From Diplonema japonicum (lineage: Eukaryota; Protista; Euglenozoa: Diplonemea): DNA of 64,000 nucleotides. Made by a program: the position numbers and the translations under genes. The stretch is taken from NCBI GenBank assembly GCA_964019335.1, contig OZ025672.1, forward strand, positions 62,001-126,000. The letters run 5' to 3'. The notes below the pieces were generated by a model that was not told the origin of the DNA, did not search any database, and saw only the letters and a program-made list of their open reading frames with translations. Below, one piece after another: positions 10,250-20,749 of the stretch. How positions within the stretch are numbered: the stretch's first letter is position 1; the number at the start of each line of letters is the position of its first letter.

Positions 10250-12097
10250 TTAATAAAGTACTACAAGCGTGCCGTTTGACGATGCAGTTGCCGTGTTTCC
10301 AGCGAGGTCGTATGCCCGGACGTGCACGAAGACCGTGCTGCCCAATGGGATACCCATATCGCGCATATCGCCAAGCGAGCTGTTAAAGTATTCGGTTAAA
10401 GTGGTTGCAGATGTTGCTTCACCAACGTTCACCCAAGAGAGGACCTCTGTAGAGATGCTGTGCTTCTGTGTCCCTGCTGCCCACTCATAATGGTGAATTC
10501 CGCTTAAAGCGTCACTGAAATACGCCCACGAAGCAGAGACGGGCTCCCATGGGAGGATGACCTGCTGGTCAACAAGAGACGTGTTGCCATCAAAGACGGT
10601 GCCCTGCACAGGCGGTGTCGCATCAACTACAACACCCTGCGAGCTCGCGTAGGTCTTTACACCAGCACAGTTCGTGGACATCACAGTGAAGTAGTATTTC
10701 TGGCCTTCAACAAGCTCCAACGAGCTGGCTGTGAAATGAGGTGTGCTTACACTCGTGAAACCCAAAACAGACGTATCATTCAGCCCCACCTGTCCTATGC
10801 TGTATGCATACCCTCTCTCTGTCCACACTGACGTGCTTGAATCAAATCCGTCTTTGTCTACTCTAGCATACTCTTCCCACCACCCTCCCATCCATGTGTT
10901 GTCGCCCCAGTATTTCAGCTGGCTTCCTTGAAGGCTCGTTAGAGGGCTGTTTTCAGGTCCATCGTGCAACGAGGCAGACAGTGGCTTGCTGTTGTTCAAA
11001 ACCCAAACCCATGGCGCGTCCACTGCTGTCTTCAGCCCCGCGTGGTTCCATGCAGTGACAGTCAGCTTGATGGTGTCATTCGCTGTGAGCGAAACCGGCT
11101 GCTCGATATAGGTGTTTAGCTGAATATTCAGATCATCGATGATGACATTTCCGTCCCATTCTACCAGGGTAATGGTGTAGTAGGCAACACCTCCAATAGG
11201 TTCTGTGAACCCACTCCACATCCCATAAAGCGTGGACAAAGACGCTTGGCATGCATTATTCCCATTCTCACCCACCTTTACGTACCCAGGAGTGAACCGA
11301 GGTGCCTCTTCGCCAGAGCGAAGCCCAATGGAACCTTCTCCATGCCCGCTCCCTGCACCGATTAGAAGCACGGCATTTCGCTTGCTCTGGCGTGCTTCGC
11401 CGTCAAGAAGCGACCTGTCTTCATTTAGAGGTGTTCCGGACAAGAGGGATGACGACAGATGGGCACATCGTGGCTCATTTGGTTTGAATAGCTTCTGCCG
11501 TAGTGTAGGGTTCTTGTATTTGTTGGCAGCGTCAGTTAAGTCAATCGTGAAGCGTGCGTACTCTGTGTGATATGGGACAGAGGAGATGTCATTGCACAAG
11601 CCATCAACGAGAGCAGCCGAGCGGTACCCCCATAGAAGGGTGAACTTGAAGGGGTTTGCAAAAGGGTCTGCTGATGTTCCTACTGACAAATTCCTATCCA
11701 TGTGAGTGTGTACCCACCAGTCGTCAGACTCCACGTATTGCCCAGGCACCTCAACGTCGAAATTGTATGGCGAACCGAACGAGTCATACTCCAGTGCCGT
11801 GTCGTACATCGCTCGCAAGCATGTGATGTCAGCAGCAGGCTCTCCAAGTACAATTTGCACCCCTTTACCCACATCCTCAAACCCCATCCCCACGAAGCCC
11901 CGCCCCTTCCGTCCATGTAACACCACCTGCAGTCTGTTGTGAGGTTCCCCCAACAGCGACCATTCGATCACGAACTGCGATAGCTCTTCAGCGTCCGGGG
12001 GGCCGACTTCTACGCACCTTTCATAAAACGAAGGCTTAGGTTCATTCTCTGCTGCGGACACCGATACTGCCCATATTAATAGGTAAAACAAAAACAT
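10250..12097 (-). CDS. Secreted protein, DOMON-like N-terminus plus FN3-like repeats
   Basis: Signal MFLFYLLIWAVSVSA from ATG 12097; GFVGMGF (DOMON-like); repeats of the type DATPPVQGTVFDG..SASWAYFSDALSGIHHYEW..VRAYDLAG. Confidence 0.75.
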   Translation of the reverse strand: MFLFYLLIWAVSVSAAENEPKPSFYERCVEVGPPDAEELSQFVIEWSLLGEPHNRLQVVLHGRKGRGFVGMGFEDVGKGVQIVLGEPAADITCLRAMYDTALEYDSFGSPYNFDVEVPGQYVESDDWWVHTHMDRNLSVGTSADPFANPFKFTLLWGYRSAALVDGLCNDISSVPYHTEYARFTIDLTDAANKYKNPTLRQKLFKPNEPRCAHLSSSLLSGTPLNEDRSLLDGEARQSKRNAVLLIGAGSGHGEGSIGLRSGEEAPRFTPGYVKVGENGNNACQASLSTLYGMWSGFTEPIGGVAYYTITLVEWDGNVIIDDLNIQLNTYIEQPVSLTANDTIKLTVTAWNHAGLKTAVDAPWVWVLNNSKPLSASLHDGPENSPLTSLQGSQLKYWGDNTWMGGWWEEYARVDKDGFDSSTSVWTERGYAYSIGQVGLNDTSVLGFTSVSTPHFTASSLELVEGQKYYFTVMSTNCAGVKTYASSQGVVVDATPPVQGTVFDGNTSLVDQQVILPWEPVSASWAYFSDALSGIHHYEWAAGTQKHSISTEVLSWVNVGEATSATTLTEYFNSSLGDMRDMGIPLGSTVFVHVRAYDLAGNTATASSNGTLVVLY

Positions 12098-12132
12098 CCC
12101 TGTATGCCTTTCTGAGTACAAGAGCTGTTCTG

Positions 12133-13662
12133 CTAAATGGCTTCGAACTCCGGATCGCATGGTAATGGGAACGGAATGTCAATGTCAGGAGTCTCTCTGC
12201 ACGAGTCTGGGAATGTGGAAAAGGGTTCAGAAGAGGCAGGGACAGGCTGAGTAGGAAGTAACGACATATCGATACGTGTGGCGTCTTCAACAAAGGTTCG
12301 GAGCTCTCTCCAAGTCGGTGCGGTTGCCTCTAAGAGTTTCTTGAACGTGTGGTTTACCGAGAGGCGTGCAGACTCGACACGCGCTGCAGCCCTGTCGCAA
12401 TCCCGTTTCTTCATTGTGTTCATCGACTCCACTATGCCACCCGCAAAGCATTGTCTCTTCTGGAGTCTTGACCAATTAAAGCACTGCTCTTCCACCGGCT
12501 TGCTTCTTTTTCGTATTATACTCTCTAGAACACCCTCACCAGGACTGCTCGCATAGCAGCTCGACCTTTGCTGGGGGGTAGCAGGTGGGTTCAAGTGCAT
12601 GCACCCAATCTCACCGTGCCGGCAGACGAGGAACCTTGCGACCCCTTTGTTGCGAAGGCAGTCCGGATAGGAGGGAGGGGGCGTGTACATGTGGCTGTCC
12701 GGTGACAACTGATACTTAACAACAGCTTCAATATGTGGTGGCACCGGTGTCTGTGGAGGGGTCAACGGCGACCTGGGGGTCCTGGCAGACTGGGGGCGCG
12801 GCGGCCTTGGTGTCCTGGGGGCCCGTATCACATTGAAAGATGAACAAAACTGCCCGCTCGACTGCTTGGTGGAGCAACCTGCTGAGCTATTTGACAGCTG
12901 AGCTGTCTGACTGCTGGGCACGTAACTTGGTGACGACACGATCTTGCTGACCGACTCCTTTGCTTTTCTGACGACGCAGACCTTAACAGGCGAGCCTACT
13001 ATGCACCTGCAGCAGAAAACCCGAAGTACCTTGAGAACATCAACAGCCTCCGACGGCTGCGAGGCCCACACCCTGCAGATCGATACCAAGTAGCTCAGCA
13101 GGTCATCCTTGTCCACCATGTCATCGCTGATTCTGAACAGAACCATGTCGCAAGATATAACCTTCCGTAATCGTGTTCGTGCGATGCCCCCGCAACCCTT
13201 TCCCAGACACAGTACACAGCAGTACGCCTTGAAGATGAATTCCTTGAGAGCCTTCACCCCTATCTTGTTGTCTTTAGCGTCAAGGTTCCTGAAGATGAGC
13301 TTCAGCTCGTGATGGACATCTCTGGTTATGGGCAGTGCTTCGAGAGGAGGGGTGTAATCCTCGCGGAGGGCTTCGCAAACAGCTTGCTTGATCGTGCTGT
13401 GCTTTGCGGTGATGCGTGACGGTGCTCTCGAGAGGTACGAAAGGATCGGCCACACGGTTGCCCGGTACCTCTTGTGCCCGTTGGGAATGTAGGAGGAGAG
13501 GTGTGCTCTAACGACCTCTTTCGTGCCAGTCTCCTTCACAATCCGTGGGATGAGAGGGACATACTTCGTCTTTCTAACCGTCGAGACCTTTAGCTTGTCC
13601 TCCACAGCACTTGCTGCAGCATCATGAATCTGGTAGTCTGGGGGCTCTTCTCCAACAAACAT
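12133..13662 (-). CDS. Hypothetical protein (509 aa) with Pro/Ser-rich middle
   Basis: Long ORF on the cluster strand with an AG leader; no family recognised. Confidence 0.7.
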   Translation of the reverse strand: MFVGEEPPDYQIHDAAASAVEDKLKVSTVRKTKYVPLIPRIVKETGTKEVVRAHLSSYIPNGHKRYRATVWPILSYLSRAPSRITAKHSTIKQAVCEALREDYTPPLEALPITRDVHHELKLIFRNLDAKDNKIGVKALKEFIFKAYCCVLCLGKGCGGIARTRLRKVISCDMVLFRISDDMVDKDDLLSYLVSICRVWASQPSEAVDVLKVLRVFCCRCIVGSPVKVCVVRKAKESVSKIVSSPSYVPSSQTAQLSNSSAGCSTKQSSGQFCSSFNVIRAPRTPRPPRPQSARTPRSPLTPPQTPVPPHIEAVVKYQLSPDSHMYTPPPSYPDCLRNKGVARFLVCRHGEIGCMHLNPPATPQQRSSCYASSPGEGVLESIIRKRSKPVEEQCFNWSRLQKRQCFAGGIVESMNTMKKRDCDRAAARVESARLSVNHTFKKLLEATAPTWRELRTFVEDATRIDMSLLPTQPVPASSEPFSTFPDSCRETPDIDIPFPLPCDPEFEAI

Positions 13663-13761
13663 CCTTGGAAGACCTGAGAATTGACTACGATAAAAGATTA
13701 CGATTTTTCGTTTCAGAAAGTTACAATTAAACTACAGTACATAGGGTTAGACTCCTTTTTC

Positions 13762-14430
13762 TTACTTAACGCTGACCAAAGGAAGGCCAACCTGATATCC
13801 GCACCTTGAAGCACGGGGTGGCTTTACAGTAGGAGTTATCTTTTGTATCATCTCCCCGAGGTGGAGCATCGTGTCAGTGTCTGCTTCTTCCTCTTCTCCT
13901 ATCTCGTCTTCTGCCTCGTCTTCTGCCTGCTGTGGGGTTGACAACCCCAACAGCATCGCGACGGTGTCTTCGTTGCTATTTCGGGTTACGAGCTTCATGA
14001 TGAGGGGCTTCGACATCTCCTCTTGTACTGGTTTTTCGTCAGGGCTTTCTAGGTCAGGTTCCTCTTCTCTTGTTGCCTCAATCGGAGCTGTACACGACCT
14101 CCTGTGTTTCGCTTGCTTCAAGTTCTTACACGCGTCACACTCCTCGCATCTCTTACGCTTCTTCAGAACAGGAAGGTCGATCTTCCTCTGCAACACTGTC
14201 CTCTGCGCCTTCTTGCACCTCCGCTTCCAGTTCGGGTTCTTGCAGAAAAGACATTCCCCACATTTAAACCCTCTGTATTTCTTTGCTTCAACCAGCTTTG
14301 GCGATGTGCAAGGCTTTTTGAACTTGCACTGCTTGCACTCCCTACACCTTGCCCTTATCATCCCTTCTGGAACTTCCGCGGGGTTCTCCTCTTTTTCGCG
14401 GTCTTCGTCCTCAGATGCTTTTTTGCTCAT
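13762..14430 (-). CDS. Protein with three CxxCxxC..C (mono-CXXC-like) zinc fingers
   Basis: CRECKQCKFKKPC, CGECLFCKNPNWKRRC, CEECDACKNLKQAKHRRSC; basic fingers, acidic tail. Confidence 0.8.
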   Translation of the reverse strand: MSKKASEDEDREKEENPAEVPEGMIRARCRECKQCKFKKPCTSPKLVEAKKYRGFKCGECLFCKNPNWKRRCKKAQRTVLQRKIDLPVLKKRKRCEECDACKNLKQAKHRRSCTAPIEATREEEPDLESPDEKPVQEEMSKPLIMKLVTRNSNEDTVAMLLGLSTPQQAEDEAEDEIGEEEEADTDTMLHLGEMIQKITPTVKPPRASRCGYQVGLPLVSVK

Positions 14431-14563
14431 TTTAATTTAACCTAGCGTATGTATGTGGAATGCACGGGGAGGAGCAAATAATGCACAAATTAAATAGTGA
14501 ATTCTATTGTTACTCATCTAAGGGGGTTTTGGAAGTGGGTCACTAACAGGAACAAAGTGGTCG

Positions 14564-16180
14564 TTAGTTATTTCTAGCGAGAGGGACACCGAAAGCGTAG
14601 CCCGTTCTGTTGGGTCTAGGGGGAGGGTTCGAAGGTGCAGGGCCTGATAGTATGCGCATCCCAAGCAACCTTGCCACAGCATCGTCACTCTCGATGTCGT
14701 CGCTAAACTGTGTGATGGGCTCGGTGCCGGCAGTGCTTGGGGTCTGCTGCACTGCCCGGCGTGGCGGGTTCTCACAGCTTTTCTTCCACCGTGGGTTTCG
14801 GCAAGAACTGCACACACCACACCTCGGTGCAAAGCCTCTTGAGACTTGCGCCGGAGCTGCTGTCTTCGCTTGAACTGCTGAATTTGTTTGAACAGGGGCA
14901 GCCTGTGCTTGCTCGTTCTGGCTGGTCTGTGCAGATATCACACCCTGGGAAGCACTAGAAGTAGGTGTGGGATTCACTAACGACTCCTGGCTCCCTCTGA
15001 AAAGGAAATCGCAGACAACATCTTCTGGGATACCTTTTTCCGGGGCACACTTCAGCTCGTCACAAAACCTAGCCCATGTTTCATCGGAGAGGGCTGTCAT
15101 GTAGGGGTCGTTCGTATAGTGTCTAAGGAGGCGCCCAAATGCCCGTTTCTTCAGGACGCCGTTATTGCCGAACCTTTCAATCACCTTCACGATTGCTCCC
15201 TTGACGTTCAGCGAGATAACACGGATGCCCTGGTGTGCACGCCAGCAGCCGAACTCGGCGCACTGCCACAAGTGGTCGTCGTTGACGTGCGGCATCTTGT
15301 TGTTGTGATGGGTGCCTGCTGCTACTAAACCCCTACCCGTCCTGAAGTCCTCATCCGGACCCTTGGTGATAGTCCACATCCCATTGGGGCTGGAGTACAT
15401 CTTCCACTGCACCCCGTTGTTTGGTTTGCTCTTCCACCACGGCTGGTGGTTGACCTCACCCTTCTGCAACTCATATACACCTTCGCAGTCAGTCAGAGGC
15501 GGGCACACAACTCTCAGCCTTGCTATCTCCGCTGAGTCTTTTGTTCGTTGGCTGGTCTGTGCTGCCTCCCTTGAATCGATCACAATCGGCTGGCTGGTAG
15601 TGAAGTCGATGACCTTTTGTTTCTTCGCCCTCGGCGTTTGCATGTCCTGCACAGACAGTATGTCGAAGTCTCCCCTTGCGTAAGTCTGCACGCCTTTGTC
15701 CACGTACTTGTGCTGTCCCTGATTGCGCGGTTGCTCGTCCTCCTCACCTTCCTCATCTTCTTCATCTTCGTCGAGCTCTGTGATGAAGCGACGCTTTCCA
15801 GGTGCCTTCCGCTTTCCTATTTCAGGCAACTTCCTTACTTCTCGTGCCTTTCTGATGTCGTCAGGAAGCATGGCGGTGAAAGCATCTCGCAAAGCTTCAC
15901 CATCAGGCTCTCCACTGAGGATCTCCGCCTCCTTGTTCTCAAGAACCTGCTCCATCCATTGACGGAACCCTTGGGCACCGCTCTCTTTGTGCATCGTGGC
16001 CATTTCCGAACATAGTTTCGACCACTTCAGCTGCTTGAGCTCCGGCAGTTTGCTCTGTGTGATTGATTGATATTTGAATACACCGCAACATACCACAGCC
16101 TGCAGCCAGTAGTTCTTTGCGGCTGAGTCGGGCGCTTTCTCAGACACAAAAATGGTTTTCTTCTCAACAGCGGGCATCAT
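14564..16180 (-). CDS. Multidomain protein with a Trp-rich module and one mono-CXXC-like finger
   Basis: RCGVCSSCRNPRWKKSC; Trp-rich module at ~15215-15520; C-terminal motifs shared with the neighbouring gene. First ATG at 16180. Confidence 0.8.
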   Translation of the reverse strand: MMPAVEKKTIFVSEKAPDSAAKNYWLQAVVCCGVFKYQSITQSKLPELKQLKWSKLCSEMATMHKESGAQGFRQWMEQVLENKEAEILSGEPDGEALRDAFTAMLPDDIRKAREVRKLPEIGKRKAPGKRRFITELDEDEEDEEGEEDEQPRNQGQHKYVDKGVQTYARGDFDILSVQDMQTPRAKKQKVIDFTTSQPIVIDSREAAQTSQRTKDSAEIARLRVVCPPLTDCEGVYELQKGEVNHQPWWKSKPNNGVQWKMYSSPNGMWTITKGPDEDFRTGRGLVAAGTHHNNKMPHVNDDHLWQCAEFGCWRAHQGIRVISLNVKGAIVKVIERFGNNGVLKKRAFGRLLRHYTNDPYMTALSDETWARFCDELKCAPEKGIPEDVVCDFLFRGSQESLVNPTPTSSASQGVISAQTSQNEQAQAAPVQTNSAVQAKTAAPAQVSRGFAPRCGVCSSCRNPRWKKSCENPPRRAVQQTPSTAGTEPITQFSDDIESDDAVARLLGMRILSGPAPSNPPPRPNRTGYAFGVPLARNN

Positions 16181-16306
16181 TATTCTTTTTATGTGCAGCA
16201 ACCGAGACTGAAGACTATCTTACATAAAAAAAAGGGGGGAAGCGGGATACCGCCAGGAAAAAAATAATAATGAAATATCCATATTCCACTCCATAAATCG
16301 CTTGGG

Positions 16307-16581
16307 TTAAACAGTGTAAACATTAAAACTCGGTGTCTTCCTGATGTGCGTGAAAAAGCCCATCGAGGTGCAAGACCGGGGGTCTGGGTGCATGTGGACA
16401 TCGTACTTGACAGAGGAAGCCAGGCTGTCGGCAACATACTGGTGTCTGGGCATGAAACAGCGAAGGGGCTTGTCCTAGTGATTTATGTTATTTTAAACAC
16501 CCCCTTTTATGTAAGCCACACCTCGCTCGATTTCACGACACTCCTGAAAGAGCCCGGTACGGAGAATGCAGGGTGCGACAT
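16307..16581 (-). CDS. Putative 75-aa protein, 2 exons
   Basis: ATG 16581 MSHPAFSVPGSFRSVVKSSE, 47-nt GT-AG intron 16475-16521, then DKPLRCFMPRHQYV...SFNVYTV*. Coding-like composition fills an otherwise long spacer. Confidence 0.45.
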
Positions 16582-16656
16582 GATGCACCAGCCCTCCTGT
16601 GTTGACGCTGGGATTGCATTACGAACAAAACAAAACAAAACAAAACAACCATCTAC

Positions 16657-18867
16657 CTAGCGTTGTGCAAACACGGAAGTGTCGATACTAGGGGTATCAA
16701 GAAGAGCAGAAAGTTTCACATCGCACGGTGGGGACATAGACTGCGTTACGGGACATTGAAAGTACAGACCAGGACTTGCCGTGGTCTCTTGCTCTTTTGA
16801 GTTCAGCTCCTCGAAAAGGTTCTCCAGCCCTTGCAGGCCCAGGCACCCGTCGCTCTCGGAGTCCACTACGTTGAAGACATCGACGATATCCTCTTTCCCT
16901 AGAACAGAATGCTTCGACATGGACTCCAAGAGGCTCTCCGGCGACAGCCTCTCCGACCCCCCTGACAACCAATCGAACAAGCGCTTCACTTCCTCATTGC
17001 AGCTTTTGTCTTTCTCAGCTTCCTGTTTCTCCCGCTCAAGCTGCTCTCGCTTTTTTTTTTCCAATTCGTAAACCGCTTTTGTGTGCTTCAGCTCCGAGAT
17101 GGGCAAGTGGTTGAACAGGATGCGCAACATACTAGTGAACCCCAGCGAGGGGTACCTATGCTTGTCACGTTCGACAAGTTTCCAGATTCCCAGCTTTGAG
17201 GGGGGCAGGCCGAGCTGCATCTGGAGTGTCTCGCAGAGATGCCTCATCGTGTCTAGTGACAGATTATCCTTGTTGTGTTTGTTGAAGGCTTCCAGCATGA
17301 CGTCGTACTGCTCTGCAGTGAAACAAAGTTTGTCGTTGACGGAAGGCTGTTGCTGCTGAGTGGCGCACGAGGCATACACCCAGATGCCTTTCTCGATGGT
17401 TGCTGCGGGGTTCTGTTTGAAAGCAGTGCCGCAGATCATGTACAGCTTGTGGTCGATAGGCGCGATGGCTTGCATGTATGGGAGCTGGTTTGTTCCGGAG
17501 ACAGCTTTGCGAGAGGTACGGCCTTCGGCTATGTTGACCTCCCACAGGGATCCTATGAGGCCACTGCTTGCGTAGGCACCGCACACTATGTACAAGACGT
17601 CGTCCACTGCGGTCATGAGTGCAGCTTCCGAGAAACCGCTGCCGACGAGTACTCGCCTCACCTCTGTCTTCACGTTGTACTCTATGAGGGACCCTCCGCC
17701 CTGCCGGCCGAAGGCGGACCCGAACACGACATACAGGTTGTTACCTATCATGCTCATAGCCTGCGCGTCTGCAAAGCCTCCGATGTCCATTGGCACAACC
17801 TTGTCTGCAGCCTTGTTCTCTATGTCTACGACGTACAAACATCCACACCCCTCAACCCCTCCCATCCGCCCGCAGACGATGTACAACTTATCCCCCTGCG
17901 CTTCTATGAGTGTCCCGCATTTGTACTTTTTCGATTTCAGCTGTCGTGCCATCCTCAGGTTTGTATTGTACTCCCACACGATCCCATCTCCTGCCAAGCC
18001 GTGGGCAGTCCCCGTCACCATGTACAACTTCCCTGTAGTAGAACACATGGCTTGCACGTCACAAAAAGCAGCCGGGATGGGCAGCCGTAAAGGCTTGGTC
18101 CCTTTCTGTATAGGGTCGATCTCCCACAGAACGGCCTCCACGGCGGGGTATGCTTTGCGGGGCTGTCCCAACCGTCCGGATAAGAGGTAGAGTTTCTTGT
18201 CGGCAGCAGACATCAAGACGCACTTGGAGAACCCGGGGTAGATCCTTGTCGCGGTGTGCGTCTTCTTGGATTCGGTGTGTTTGGGCTGCCGCATGCTATG
18301 GTGGCGTTTGTTCTTGAGATACCCTGGGCGGTCATTCTTAAGGTTGAGCTTGTGGGTTACATGCCCGCATTGGAGAGGGTTATCTTCGAGGTCGGGGTTG
18401 CCCTCGAAGGGCGTGACGCTACGCTTGAGATGCTGGTAGTAAGCAGAGCAAGAATCGAAGGATGGGGCAGAGAGGGTCGTAGGGAGGGAGGTGGTAGTAG
18501 GTTGCAAGAGGAAGGGGCTTGGTTTGGCTGGCTTCTCATGTTTTCTTTTGACGAGAATTTCAAAGTCATGGAGCCCCCACTCACCGATGGGATACTTCTC
18601 TCCTTGGGAGTCGAGGGGCACCCCAAGGAAGGAGTCGAAAAGGGAAACCCCTCCCCCTCCTCCACCCTTCAGCCAAATCATATCTTCACGGTTCTTGTCT
18701 ATCTTCAGCGACGGGATCTTCTTACGCCTCCTTGCGATATTTCGCACGTCGAATACCTCATCTCTACGCGCCGCCTTCCCCTTCACACTACCTCCTAACA
18801 GGCTGCATGACAGCATTACACCCTGCCTCATTTTTAAAATGCTCTCTGAGTCCCTCATAGGATACAT
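16657..18867 (-). CDS. Kelch-like beta-propeller protein with C-terminal EF-hand-like pair
   Basis: Six repeats LYLLSG/LYMVTG/LYIVCG/LYVVFG/LYIVCG/LYMICG, each followed by LWE/VWEY-like strands; FNVVDSESDGCLGLQGL is EF-hand-like. Confidence 0.75.
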   Translation of the reverse strand: MYPMRDSESILKMRQGVMLSCSLLGGSVKGKAARRDEVFDVRNIARRRKKIPSLKIDKNREDMIWLKGGGGGGVSLFDSFLGVPLDSQGEKYPIGEWGLHDFEILVKRKHEKPAKPSPFLLQPTTTSLPTTLSAPSFDSCSAYYQHLKRSVTPFEGNPDLEDNPLQCGHVTHKLNLKNDRPGYLKNKRHHSMRQPKHTESKKTHTATRIYPGFSKCVLMSAADKKLYLLSGRLGQPRKAYPAVEAVLWEIDPIQKGTKPLRLPIPAAFCDVQAMCSTTGKLYMVTGTAHGLAGDGIVWEYNTNLRMARQLKSKKYKCGTLIEAQGDKLYIVCGRMGGVEGCGCLYVVDIENKAADKVVPMDIGGFADAQAMSMIGNNLYVVFGSAFGRQGGGSLIEYNVKTEVRRVLVGSGFSEAALMTAVDDVLYIVCGAYASSGLIGSLWEVNIAEGRTSRKAVSGTNQLPYMQAIAPIDHKLYMICGTAFKQNPAATIEKGIWVYASCATQQQQPSVNDKLCFTAEQYDVMLEAFNKHNKDNLSLDTMRHLCETLQMQLGLPPSKLGIWKLVERDKHRYPSLGFTSMLRILFNHLPISELKHTKAVYELEKKKREQLEREKQEAEKDKSCNEEVKRLFDWLSGGSERLSPESLLESMSKHSVLGKEDIVDVFNVVDSESDGCLGLQGLENLFEELNSKEQETTASPGLYFQCPVTQSMSPPCDVKLSALLDTPSIDTSVFAQR

Positions 18868-19016
18868 GTTTTGTTTTCACGCTGCTGAGTACTGGTTGGG
18901 TAAATGGAGGAGTTTACAAAAGGAAAATAATGGGATGGAGCGGGACCCCCCCAAAAAAAAAGGTGTCTTTGAAGGGAACCTGCCGTATGTGACAGGATTG
19001 CCTAACGACAATCAAC

Positions 19017-19390
19017 TCATCTAGTGTTTGATCCCTTCTGTCGTGGTAGTGCCTTAGGCCCGTCGTAGTATCTCATCAGCAGCTTGGGCGTGAAACCAAC
19101 TAGCGAGTTGTTGAGGATGCAATGCGTTCGCATTTGTTCCTCCAGGATCGAGTGGGTGACCTTCGGGGACGCGAAGATCGGACGAGTGGAGTAACCAGTG
19201 CCGGCATGGCTGTGGAGCTCTATCAGGTGGAGCTCCTTGACTCTCGATAGGCTGATGTCCAAGTCCGAGGTAATGATGCCGTGTACGCGGGTGCAGATTG
19301 GCCAGTTGATGTGTTCTTGCACTAGCCATTCGCGGTCGGCGTTGGCCGTTCTAAAACCGGCGTGTGCCGGGCAGTGCCAAAAAAAGAAGA
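19017..19390 (-). mobile_element. Probable non-LTR retroelement remnant
   Basis: FWHCPAHAGFR...WPICTRVHGII resembles the W-x-C-P...R...WP-x-C...G region downstream of RT in LINEs. No proper start; lies in a homopolymer-rich zone. Confidence 0.45.
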
Positions 19391-20749
19391 ATTGTTTTTT
19401 TTTATGCACAGCGACGTGCAGATCTTAAGGAGGTTATGAGGTGTTGCCTGAGGTGTGCATATTCCTCTTTTTCTTTTTAATGACAACTTTCATTTAACCT
19501 ATTTCTTTTTTTTGAAAAGCGGCTCGTTTTTTGTAAAGTTCCACCACACCAGAGACTTGTTTCCATGGTATAAAACACCTTGGGAACTCTCCAGAGTGCA
19601 GCGAAATAAACACAACAAAATGCGAGCAGGCGATGCACGCCCTGCCTAGCTGCCCGTATATTCACATTTTGAGCAAGCTTGATATGCTCAAATCCTCCAA
19701 AGGACCAAACAGGTTTAAAAAAAAAATGGAACCTTTCAAAGTTTAACCAAAAAAAAAGCTCTTTTTTTTAACACACTTCTTTCCCCCTCCCCTGCCACCC
19801 CTTTTCTTCATTTCTCTCTCAAATGAGACTCAAAAAAAAAAAGAATGTTTTGATGGGGCCATATAAGTATTCAACCCTTCTTTTCTCTTTCTTTTTTCTT
19901 CTTTCTCGTAAAGGTCACATTGCTGCACCTGGAAGAAGCGGCACTGAACCAAAGGGGAGGGCATTGTACAGAGGGAGGGGTGGGAACACTGGCCATCTTT
20001 TCTTTTGAATTCTCTTTTGAGACTGATTTCAACAGTAGACAAACATAACGTAGGTTTTGAATATTAGTTTTAAAAAAAAAAAGGGGGGAAAAAAAAGGAA
20101 GGAAACATTTATGCGCGCATGCTGCTTCCTTCACGTGTCACTACAGACCAGAGGCAGGCCTGCTGGGTGGAGCAGTCTTCGTCTCAGCGACCAAGGGCAA
20201 AGAAACTAAACAAAAGAGAAAAAATTTAATACTCTAAAGAGCTATGCTTTCATGTTTCGGACCCTAACGTAAAGTAGAAAGTAGAGAGGATAAGAGGGGG
20301 GGGGGGGAGGAAAGAGAGGCTTCACAATTACAGTAGAACGGCGAAGTACCCTCATGCAAGGAAGGCAATATTTTCTTTTTTCTCTTCTCTTCTCTTCTAG
20401 AACCCAGTCTTGACCTTTCTTGCCCGACTAGCATCCCCGTTGTTGGTGTACTTCCTTACTGCACGAAATAATTTCGGAAATGCTGTGCGCGCACGGTGCC
20501 ATCACCCATAGTTTTTTTTTTTTTTTTTTCCTCTTTTCTTTTTGCTTCTCCGTTGCTTTCAATTGGAAATGGCTCAGTTCTCTTCTCTTTTTTCTTTTTC
20601 ATCTCGCATTTCAACTGGAGAACTGGAAGCCTTGGCAATATACGGAAAAAAAGATTTTCTTTTTTTTTTCTTCTTCTTCTTTTTTTTTGAATCGAATAAG
20701 GGAAGGGGTGGAGGGAAAACAAAACAAACAAAAAAAAAAATTTTTTTTG

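Noticed and set aside
19667-19693. Inverted repeat TTTGAGCA..TGCTCAAA as a terminator
   Set aside because: An 8-bp stem in AT-rich eukaryotic spacer is expected by chance.
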